From positions 3,780,001-3,812,000 of the forward strand of contig NC_010628.1 in NCBI RefSeq assembly GCF_000020025.1: a DNA stretch of 32,000 bases, read 5' to 3'. A program made the translations under genes and the position numbers. Positions 9,392 to 17,114 of the stretch are shown here, piece by piece. Origin of the DNA: Nostoc punctiforme PCC 73102. Lineage in GTDB: Bacteria > Cyanobacteriota > Cyanobacteriia > Cyanobacteriales > Nostocaceae. Within the stretch, counting starts at the first letter, position 1; every line of letters begins with the position of its first letter. The notes under the pieces were generated by a model, which worked only from the letters and a program-made list of their open reading frames with translations, was not told the DNA's origin and did not search any database.

Positions 9392-9904
9392 ATGTCTAAA
9401 AAAAGTAACGAGTTATTAGAGTTAGCAGAAACTATGCTGAAATATTACAACGAGTCACTAAGCATAGCCCATGATAGCTACGATGATAAAATGGTTTGCA
9501 ACGATAACAAACAAATTATAGAATCATATAAAATAAAATTCAAAAAAAAGGTACTAAAAATTATTCAACAAGGAAAATACAGAAGTGCTATGTTATTAGA
9601 CAAAAAAGCAACCCATTTAATAAAAAATTGTAAAAATGATGAGCCAGATATTGACAAAATAGTAGATTTAATAGCAAGTCAGGAGGAAATATTAATCAAA
9701 AATAAAAGATTAACGTATATTGAACCTCAAGCACTGATTGTCTGTTTAGATAAACTTATTTACTTTGATGTAAATAGTAGCGGTTCAATCACTCATCTTT
9801 TGCAAGACATAAAAAATAAATCTACATATATAGTTGCTAAAGAAGTAACTTTTGAAAAAGAGAAATTTGAAGAATATGATGATTTAAATTCTATATTTTT
9901 TTAA
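9392..9904 (+). CDS. Hypothetical protein, no recognisable family (very AT-rich orphan cassette)
   Basis: 170-aa K/N/I/E-rich ORF in a segment that is visibly far more AT-rich than the rest of the window. It sits between the IS4 right end (9212) and the IS630 left end (9918). The upstream ORF 9198-9419 overlaps it across an A7 run (9399-9405) and could be the same gene in another frame. Confidence 0.4.
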   Translation: MSKKSNELLELAETMLKYYNESLSIAHDSYDDKMVCNDNKQIIESYKIKFKKKVLKIIQQGKYRSAMLLDKKATHLIKNCKNDEPDIDKIVDLIASQEEILIKNKRLTYIEPQALIVCLDKLIYFDVNSSGSITHLLQDIKNKSTYIVAKEVTFEKEKFEEYDDLNSIFF

Positions 9905-9917
9905 TAATTAATATGAA

Positions 9918-10936
9918 TACAGCACTTACGGCTGTTATGAGGTACAGTAGCAGCAACTAGCAAAGCAGTTTCTTAAATGTTGAGGATTTATTAGGTCGAG
10001 TGCAACTGAGATTAGTTTATCAACCATTTCTGTTGTAGTTGGAGCAAAACTGCGTAAATAGGATTTAAGTTGTGACCACCATAATTCAATTGGATTAAAA
10101 TCGGGAGAGTATGAGGATAAACAAATAACTTTCGCGCCTACAGCTTCAATGATTGGCACAATTGAATCTAGTTTATGTGCGGATAAATTATCCATTACTA
10201 CTACTGCTCCTAACCATAAATTTGGCACTAAAAACTTTTCAACAAATAATTCAAATGCAATGCCATCCATTGAACCATTCATTGTCATTAATGCAACTAC
10301 TTTGTTAATACCAATTGCTCCAATTACTGTAACTTTTGAGCCTCTATAGAAGGGGTTAAGAGAGTAAGCTCTTGTTCCCATTTGCGAATGGGCATGAGTC
10401 CTCGTTAACCCAAGTAGGACACCAGTTTCATCCAAAAATACTAAATTTTCTGGCTCTATATGTTTGACCTTTTCCCAGTAATCTCTTCTTTTATTCAGGA
10501 CTCTAAGAGTTCCTGCTTGTGTACTCCGCTTCGTTTTTTTTTACGATTTAATCCTAATTTTTGTAACGCCCGACACATTGCACTTCGACCCACCCAATTG
10601 CCAGTCTTGTCTGCAAATAATTCACATAACTCTATCAATGTTGCATCTGGATGTGCTTCAACTAATTCCCTTAACTCTACGTCAGCATTTGTTAAATGAC
10701 TAAATTGTGGTTTTCCTCGCGGCTTTGGTTGTAAGTTTCCTTCAAGTTTTTGTTGTTTTACAAGCTTTTGGACTAAACTTTTTGACACGGAAAATATGTT
10801 AGCTACTTTCCTGATTGAGATGTTTTTTTGAAGATGTGCTGCAACTATTTTTTCTCGAAGCTCGACAGAGTATGACTTCATTTAAAGGTATTTATATTTT
10901 AATTTAGTGTACCTCATAACAGACGCAAGTGCTGTA
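9918..10936 (-). mobile_element. IS630/Tc1-mariner-family insertion sequence, copy 1 (apparently intact, ~1.0 kb)
   Basis: 26-nt terminal inverted repeats (24/26 matching): CAGCACTTACGGCTGTTATGAGGTAC (9920-9945) and GTACCTCATAACAGACGCAAGTGCTG (10909-10934). TA lies on both sides (9918-19, 10935-36), the duplication expected for IS630. Confidence 0.85.
9935..10881 (-). CDS. IS630-family transposase (OrfA HTH + OrfB DDE joined by a -1 frameshift on an A9 run)
   Basis: ORFs 10495-10881 (HTH, ..LGLNRKKK) and 9935-10435 (DDE: FLDETG, VVVMDNLSAHK, YSPDFNPIELWW). The OrfB frame is open upstream through KKTKRSTQAGTLRVLNKRRDYWEKVKHIEPENLVFLDETG. The frames meet at the A9 run, which is the T run at 10534-10542 on the plus strand. 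Confidence 0.8.
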
Positions 10937-12239
10937 ACTCTGACGAATGGGAGGAGGGATTGCTTGCCTACGACGTTACAAAATTTGGGCGATATGCTCA
11001 ATTTCGTAAACAGATTGTGAATGAATTTCGTAACTATAATATTCCGATCATTGAACTCAGCAAGGAAAACAAGAAAGAAGCGGTCTGTCTTGTTTTTGAG
11101 AAAGTAAATACCGGAGGCGTTTCTCTGTCAGTATTTGAACTCATGACTGCCACTTATGCTATTGATAATGTAAACCTGCGGGATGAATGGTTTGGTAATG
11201 CTCATGAAGGTATTGAAGGTACTCAACCGCACCTAAGAAAGCAAAGTTTGTTACGCGAGGTTCAACCTACTGAGTTTCTTCAAGGATTGACATTACTGCA
11301 TACTTGGGATAAAAGAAGGGAAGACTTAAAAGCAGGTAAAACTGGTAAGCAGGTAACAGGTGTTACTGCCAAGCGCGAAGCAGTTTTGTCTTTACCTCTA
11401 GATGCTTACCAAAAATGGAAACAGCCTCTTACAGAGGGTTACTGGAAAGCAGCTAAATTTCTACGTCAAGAATCGTTTTTCTCTACCAACGATTTACCCT
11501 ACCGTACCCAACTTGTTCCGCTTGCGGTAGTCATGGCATTCCTTGGCGATCGCTGGCTTGAACCTAAAATCTACGACAAAATCGCTCGTTGGTTTTGGTG
11601 TGGTATCCTCGGTGAACTGTATGGGGGGGCAGGTGAAACCCATATAACTCTAGATATTCAGGAACTTATAGATTGGATTGAGGGTGGCAAGGAAGAACCT
11701 TCGACTGTTATGGATGCTAACTTCCAGCCTACGCGCTTAGGTACTTTACGTTCCCGCAATAGTGCTGCATACAAAGGGATCAATGTCTTAGTTCAGCGTG
11801 AAGGCGCTCAAGACTTCTTCTGGAAAGTTGCTATACGAGATTTGGATGAAACCGATTGGGAGGAGCGCAAACTCGATATTCATCACATTTTCCCCAGGAA
11901 TTGGTGTGATAAGAACGATATTCCCCCATCTCGCCATAACTCTATCCTCAACAAAACCCCAACATCTTTTAAAGCAAATCGCATGATTGGTGGTAAAGCT
12001 CCAAGTGAATATCTGGTTCAGCTTCAAAAGCATGACAGTGTTCAGCTAGAGATGCAGGTATGAATGCAATTCTGGCAACTCACCAAATCGATGCAATAAA
12101 ACTTCGACAAGACGACTTTGAGGGTTTCATGACATCACATCAACGGATGATACTTGGCAAAATTGAAGCTGCTATGGGCAAACCAGTGTTGGCTGTGGAT
12201 GATTCAGCATTCAGCAATGTGACAGATGAAGAAGAGTGA
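10937..12239 (+). pseudogene. DUF262/DUF1524 (GmrSD-like type IV restriction family) gene, 5'-truncated and frameshifted
   Basis: The frame is open right from the IS630 boundary (..SDEWEEGLLAYDVTKFGRY..). It lacks the N-terminal ParB/DGQQR-type part of DUF262 but keeps the distal DUF262 block (VFEKVNTGGVSLSVFELM) and the DUF1524 His-Me finger block (LDIHHIFPRNW...N.ILNKT). The C-terminal ~60 codons (MNAILATHQIDAIKLRQDDFEGF...) continue at 12060-12239 in another frame, with the shift near 12036-12045. Confidence 0.8.
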
Positions 12240-12478
12240 TTGGAGATAGATTAACTTCGCACTCAATGATGCTGTTTTAACATCTTACTGCGTATTTGAC
12301 CTTTTAAACCCTAATAATATGCCATGTAATGCTTGGAATCACCCCTCAGATTGTAATTGTGGTTTTGGAGGAGATGTTGGTGTTTATATTCATGGAAATA
12401 TATCTATAGGACTCCTATTTGATTTCTGAACAAGACTGCGAAATAATACGTAAATGTATACAAGTCTAATAAGCAACG

Positions 12479-12679
12479 ATGATAAGTCCGCATTTACCAA
12501 CTGGGACACTTCCAGCAGGAGTATCCCGGCAACAGTCAGCAGAGCAAATAGCACTTTATGCGATCGCGGAACTACAAGATTTTATAACTCTGCGTCCAGA
12601 TGCGCGTGAAGTAAGGAAAGCTTTGGCAGTAAAGTTGGTTTATCAAGGTTACTTGTATGATGAAATTCAAACAATTCTA
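12479..12679 (+). pseudogene. Small HTH-like ORF interrupted by IS630 copy 2 (continues at 13942-13995)
   Basis: ..LRPDAREVRKALAVKLVYQGYLYDEIQTIL resembles the N-terminal HTH of cyanobacterial IS630-type OrfA proteins (from memory). The ORF-track continuation after codon 67 is IS630 terminal-repeat sequence. After in-silico excision the ORF is 84 codons long and ends in an ATGA overlap with the 413-aa ORF. Confidence 0.5.
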
Positions 12680-12701
12680 GTAGTCTGCCAAGCTAACTTT
12701 G

Positions 12702-13870
12702 CTATGTTAAATTTGGATATAAACGCTCCATTTTTCGGCGAGCATCTTTGGTTTGAAAACCCCAATAAACACTAGCTTTTTGCTGATTACGTTTTTTCTC
12801 CCAAGCGGCAATCTCAGAAGTTAATGTTTCTGCATTAGGAATACGCCGTTCTAAACATTGGCGAGATAAAACAGATAATTCGATTTCTACCTGATTCAGC
12901 CCTTCGGGTTCGCCAGTTGCTTCAAGTCGGGGAACCCGCCCAACGCACTGGCTCACCAAGAAGCGTGTTTAGGAGTATAGTGAAACTCTAACTTTTGAAT
13001 AATTCGACGTGCTATATTCTGGTGGAAAAACTTCATATAATGCATTGGGTGTATGAATATTCAAGTTATCAACTACTAAACGAATAACATCGGCCTCTCG
13101 GTAGGAAACATCTACTAAATTTCTCATTTGTTTAGCAAAATCGGCTTTAGTTCGACGCTCTGTAACTTCGATATGCCGCCATCCAGCCAAGGGTTGAAAA
13201 CATGCGAATAAATTTACTGTCCCGTTACGTTTATACTCAAACTCATAACGTTCAGGTTGCTCTGGCTGTGGTGGCAAAGGAAGTCTTACTTCTTCTACTA
13301 ATTGGTATGGACGTTCATCAAAGCAGACTACAGGGCGTTTAGGATCATAAGGCTCATTGTATAAATCCAGCACATCTTCCATTCGGAAAACATATTCTGC
13401 GTTAACTTCAGGAATACACCATTGTTCTTTCAACCAAGGCTTAATTTCATTTTTTTTAAAGTTTGACGTACTGTTTCATCTGAGATTGAATCTATGATAC
13501 CAACGTTCACTAAATGATCTGCTAATAATTGCATTGTCCAACGCACTCTTCCTTCTGGCGGATTAGAACAAGCTGTTGCAATCAAAAATGCTTCTTGCTT
13601 TTCATCTAATTTTTTATGTTTTGGTGGATGAACTTCATCCTTTAAAGCAAAATCTAACCCTCCAATGACAAATTTTTCTCGTATTCGTTGCACTGTTGCA
13701 ACATGCGCTCTAACTATGCTAGCGATCGCTTGATCCGTTTCTCCTTCGGAAGCCATCAAAAGAATGTTTGCACGGCTTATGGTTCTTGCCTTATGCTTAC
13801 CTTTCTTAATTATCGATTGCAGTTGGGAAACTTCATCTTCATTCAAGTCAACAATGTACTTTTTTGCCAT
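12702..13870 (-). pseudogene. IS630-family transposase with an A8 slippery site plus two inactivating lesions
   Basis: OrfA 13430-13870 (HTH) and OrfB 12969-13433 (..[15 protein letters not shown].., VVDNLNIHT) meet at an A8 run (T run at 13450-13457 on the plus strand). An extra-nucleotide frameshift near 13013-13019 turns ..PPE(I)[19 protein letters not shown] into ..[19 protein letters not shown] 56-nt insert (12900-12955) separates ..KHASW from LNQVEIELSVLSRQCL... Confidence 0.8.
12900..12955 (-). repeat. ~56-nt GC-rich hairpin insertion element, copy B
   Basis: The minus strand reads TGAGCCAGT-[28-nt core]-AACTGGCGAACCCGAAGGG. The right arm matches copy A at 18 of 19 positions, and the left arm differs by one T. 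The core contains CGGG-TTC-CCCG. The insert puts an in-frame TGA directly after the host W codon. Confidence 0.65.
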
Positions 13871-13991
13871 GTTACACCCCGTTTTTGGCTATTTTACCAA
13901 TTAGAGGTTTTACTTAGCAAAGTTACCTTGGTAGACTACTAGTCGAATTAGGAAACTTGGTCTTAGAGATTAAGACCGCGCATATTAGTGC

Positions 13992-15233
13992 ATGAACAAC
14001 ATCATGACTACAACAACTTTTTCAAATAAATTATACGTCGAGCAGCATCAGGTAGACTCCAATCCTACCACCCACATAGAGCAAAGTACCCTAGAGTACC
14101 TCCATACGGCTTTCTTACTCTATGAGTACAAGCAGACTTACACCAAAAAAGAATATCGCGCACTGTTAGAAGAGTACGGGTGGGACAAGGGCAGTGCTGA
14201 GGAAAGGCGATCGCTCCGAATTGCCGAGAATTTTCAAGCATTTATCAGTTGCCCGCAACACTTAGCGGTTTTACCAATATCGGTACTACTTCGGTTATGT
14301 TCCCATAACTACAAAATCCTAATTGATGAATTGAAAGGTATTCCTATTGGTGGATTGACTTGTGGATTAGTGTTAAAACTGATTGATAAAAGAAGATTGT
14401 TTCTCAAAGCCATGAATCAAGAAAAAAAAGATGGCAACTGGCGAGCAACACCAGATGGAAATAGATATTACACCTTCGGCAAAATTATGGAGGATGACCA
14501 CCAAACAGGGGTGTTTACCGAGAAGTTAATAGAGGAATTGGGATTGTCACCGCAGCGAATTGTTAGAAAGGCGATCGCTGACCTATATGAAAAGCATCAA
14601 ACTGAGATAGCCAAGAATGAAATCGGCTCTTTTGGAGAACTAATCCCTTGTGAACAAATCACTGACACCATAGAAGAATTGATTCCTGCCAACGATGAAA
14701 ATATCGTCAACCCAACAAACCTTGAGGTAATGCAGCGAGAACTTGAAACCTTGTGGCAAAGGGATACAGAAGAATATGACTGCGAAGAAGACTTGGAAGA
14801 GCCTGAAGAGTCGGACATTGGCTTTGAAGAAGATGAGATTCAGGCAGTAGAAAGTACATTGGCTGGGATGTTCGGTACAAATGAAGTCCCAGGAACTGAT
14901 GCAGAAGTCCTCGCAGACATATTGCGGAAAGCTTCAGATTATTCCTCAGTGCGCCAGGGGCTATGGCAATATCAACAAGCTAAAGAACAAGCTTGGAACC
15001 TCCTCTCGGATTCGGAAAGGAAATCTGTATGGCAGATGCTTCCAGAGGCAATCAAAAAGCTTAGTAATGCCAAGCGTGAAGGGTTGATTGTCAATTTTTA
15101 TGAGATGGAGTCAGGAGGGGTATATAAAGTCTTTACTACAGATTACCCACTAATAGAAGAAACAGTTAGTAATAGTCGGTTAGACAGATGGTTGGCAGAC
15201 TTAAAACTCAGGCATAACTCCGATTGTAATTGA
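13992..15233 (+). CDS. Hypothetical 413-aa protein (DUF3102-like N-terminal third?, acidic linker), upstream partner of the methyltransferase
   Basis: Long ORF with ordinary codon composition. The segment ..YTKKEYRALLEEYGWDKGSAEERRSLRIAENFQAF..VLLRL.. is organised like the DUF3102 core of the 458-1378 gene. It has an HTH-like ELGLSPQRIVRKA segment and a strongly acidic stretch (EEYDCEEDLEEPEESDIGFEEDE). I recognise no enzymatic motif. Confidence 0.7.
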   Translation: MNNIMTTTTFSNKLYVEQHQVDSNPTTHIEQSTLEYLHTAFLLYEYKQTYTKKEYRALLEEYGWDKGSAEERRSLRIAENFQAFISCPQHLAVLPISVLLRLCSHNYKILIDELKGIPIGGLTCGLVLKLIDKRRLFLKAMNQEKKDGNWRATPDGNRYYTFGKIMEDDHQTGVFTEKLIEELGLSPQRIVRKAIADLYEKHQTEIAKNEIGSFGELIPCEQITDTIEELIPANDENIVNPTNLEVMQRELETLWQRDTEEYDCEEDLEEPEESDIGFEEDEIQAVESTLAGMFGTNEVPGTDAEVLADILRKASDYSSVRQGLWQYQQAKEQAWNLLSDSERKSVWQMLPEAIKKLSNAKREGLIVNFYEMESGGVYKVFTTDYPLIEETVSNSRLDRWLADLKLRHNSDCN

Positions 15234-15281
15234 TGTGTGTTTAAAGCCAAGTGTAAGAAGTTAACATTAATTAGAATCTCG

Positions 15282-16541
15282 ATGAACTCAACAGCAGCAA
15301 ACAAAAAAATAGCTGTTAGCCTATTCTCTGGGGTGGGTGGATTTGATTTGGGATTTAAAGCAGCAGGATTTGAAATCGCGATCGCCATTGATAACAATCC
15401 CATCGCCCTAGCAACATACCAACATAATTTCCCCCACGCCACAGTCTTGTGCAAAGACATTCGGGAGGTGACAGGGGAAGAAATACGCGCCTGTATTCAG
15501 GCGAAGTATGGAGATTGGGACGGGGAAATCCATACCGTTTTTGATGGCCCACCATGCCAAGGATTTAGCGTTGCCGGACTGCAAAATGTTGAAGATGAAC
15601 GCAACGGGTTGGTAGGGGAGTTTGTACGGCTGGTGTTGGAACTCAATCCCCTTGCGGCAATTATGGAGAATGTGCCGGGGATTGAGAATCATAAGTTTGG
15701 CTGCATTACTGCTAACCTCCAAGCAGTGCTAGAAGAACATTATTTTCTCTCAAAGTGGAACCTGAACGCTTCAGATTACGGGGTTCCGCAAGCTAGAAAA
15801 AGGGTGTTTTTTGTTGCATCTAAGTTTGGAGAAATTATACCGCCATTGCATCAACCTCAACATACAGTTAGAGATGCGATCGCGGACTTGTTGCCAGTGC
15901 TCCTACTCCCCAAGCAAAACACTCAAGTTTTATCACCAGATTGGGTGAAAGGGGAATATGCTAAGTATCTTGAGAAAATATTCCCAAATCTTGGTATATT
16001 AACCAACATTAGCACGGGATTTGCAGCAACAACACATACACCAGAAGTAATTCAGCAATTTCTCAACACTCCCCCAGGGGCAAGAGAAGTAAAATCGAGG
16101 TCAAAAAAACTCGAATGGGATGGATTCTGCGTGACGTTAAGAGCGGGGAGTGGCAACCGCACCGCATTACGTCCCCTGCATCCAGAACAGCCACGGGTTA
16201 TATCTGTAAGAGAAGCTGCTCGTTTGCACAGTTATCCTGATTGGTTTAATTTCAGCGAGGCAATACTCCACGCCCAAAGAGAAATCGGAAATTCGGTACC
16301 GCCATTGCTTGCATATGCTGTGGGAATGCATGTTAGGGAACATCTAGAATGCAATACCACTTATCAAATTAAGTGCCAAAATTGGCAAAACTGCCTATTT
16401 TTACCAATTTCTTGCAATTTTAAGAATCTATTCGTTTTTGTCAATGAAATACTGTCTTTAAGCGGGTTAAGCAAAATCAGCAAAGAGCGATCGCCTCCAC
16501 GTCTGACTAAAAGAAAGCAAAATTTGGTTACTTGCCTTTAG
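15282..16541 (+). CDS. DNA (cytosine-5)-methyltransferase (Dcm family)
   Basis: Motifs are in canonical order: I FSGVGGFDLGF, IV GPPCQGFS, VI ENVPG, VIII QARKRVFFVA, IX REAARLHSYPDWF, X GNSVPPLL. The ORF-track start is GTG at 15237; ATG at 15282 gives MNSTAANKKIAVSLFSG. The last ~60 codons look like a non-conserved tail. Confidence 0.9.
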   Translation: MNSTAANKKIAVSLFSGVGGFDLGFKAAGFEIAIAIDNNPIALATYQHNFPHATVLCKDIREVTGEEIRACIQAKYGDWDGEIHTVFDGPPCQGFSVAGLQNVEDERNGLVGEFVRLVLELNPLAAIMENVPGIENHKFGCITANLQAVLEEHYFLSKWNLNASDYGVPQARKRVFFVASKFGEIIPPLHQPQHTVRDAIADLLPVLLLPKQNTQVLSPDWVKGEYAKYLEKIFPNLGILTNISTGFAATTHTPEVIQQFLNTPPGAREVKSRSKKLEWDGFCVTLRAGSGNRTALRPLHPEQPRVISVREAARLHSYPDWFNFSEAILHAQREIGNSVPPLLAYAVGMHVREHLECNTTYQIKCQNWQNCLFLPISCNFKNLFVFVNEILSLSGLSKISKERSPPRLTKRKQNLVTCL

Positions 16542-17114
16542 GTCTGGCGGATAAGAAATAATAACATTCCTAGTTGTAGCGATCGCATCGCCCACGAAGT
16601 TTAAAGTCTGGCATCCGCTATATAACCCAAGACGATGTGCAATAAGTTGTAATTGCTGTACATCGCGTTCAGTAAAATTGTGAGATTTAAAGTTACCAAC
16701 GTGCAGAACCCCAATCACTCCTTCCTCAACAGGTAATGGGACGCCAACGAGCGATTGCAATCCCTTCTGATGCAAAATTGGACTCACCACTTCTACTGCT
16801 GACAGATTATTAACCATCATCGGCTCCACACTGGCGGCAATATGACCAGCAATGCCCTGCCCGATAGGGATACGAATTTGTTGTGTAATTTCTTCTTCCA
16901 GTCCAATAGTTGCTTGTACAGCTAAACTCAGTCGGTCTGCAATTGGAAGTAGGAGTGTAACAGTATCTACGGACATATAATCTCGCAACCACTCAAGCAG
17001 CCTATTAAATGTTGCAGTCAGCCTAGTTTTTGTACCATTTTGTTCACTAGCTACAACCGCATTCCAACCCCTGTAAGGCATTGGTTGTCCAGTGTAGTCT
17101 CCCCAAAACACCAT
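16467..17114 (-). CDS. Stand-alone GAF domain protein
   Basis: 215-aa ORF. The segment ..GIAGHIAASVEPMMVNNL....LQSLVGVPLPVEEGVIGVLHVGN..HNFTERDVQQLQLIAHRL is a typical GAF core. No output domain is present. Confidence 0.8.
   Translation of the reverse strand: MVFWGDYTGQPMPYRGWNAVVASEQNGTKTRLTATFNRLLEWLRDYMSVDTVTLLLPIADRLSLAVQATIGLEEEITQQIRIPIGQGIAGHIAASVEPMMVNNLSAVEVVSPILHQKGLQSLVGVPLPVEEGVIGVLHVGNFKSHNFTERDVQQLQLIAHRLGLYSGCQTLNFVGDAIATTRNVIISYPPDLKASNQILLSFSQTWRRSLFADFA

Larger units (their letters stand above)
12678..13941 (-). mobile_element. IS630-family insertion sequence, copy 2 (decayed, ~1.26 kb), inserted in CTAG
   Basis: Terminal inverted repeats GTAGTCTGCCAAGCTAACTTTGCTA (from 12680) and TAGCAAAGTTACCTTGGTAGACTAC (to 13939). 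TA is duplicated at 12678-79 and 13940-41 within a C-TA-G context, the classic IS630 target. Confidence 0.85.

Noticed and set aside
9198-9419. 73-aa ORF taken as an independent gene
   Set aside because: Its nominal start lies inside the IS4 right terminal repeat, so the start is an artefact. At best it is the 5'-truncated part of a gene fused to 9392-9904 through the A7 run (see findings).
6480-11540. A ~5-kb HIP1-free stretch as a marker of foreign DNA
   Set aside because: It coincides with the IS/AT-rich region. However, an equally long HIP1-free stretch (about 18000-22870) covers ordinary-looking genes, so the signal is not discriminating at this scale.
12058-12066. GTA-TGA-ATG junction first read as an in-frame opal codon (read-through or nonsense) in the GmrSD-like gene
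   Set aside because: Re-indexing shows the downstream MNAILATHQ.. segment starts at 12060, in a different frame from the TGA at 12061-12063. The lesion is therefore a frameshift upstream (about 12036-12045), not an in-frame stop.
14597-15722. Short ORFs on both strands (14597-14818, 14881-15087, 15143-15460, 15355-15555, 15408-15722) inside the 413-aa and methyltransferase genes
   Set aside because: They overlap strongly supported or longer ORFs, have no motifs of their own, and have unusual composition (S/C/W-rich). I treat them as frame shadows.
13992-16541. Calling the 413-aa ORF plus Dcm a bona fide type II restriction-modification system
   Set aside because: Only the methyltransferase is recognisable. 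The partner shows no PD-(D/E)xK, HNH or GIY-YIG motif that I can see and has an acidic, DUF3102-like architecture. I kept it as a hypothesis, not an annotation.
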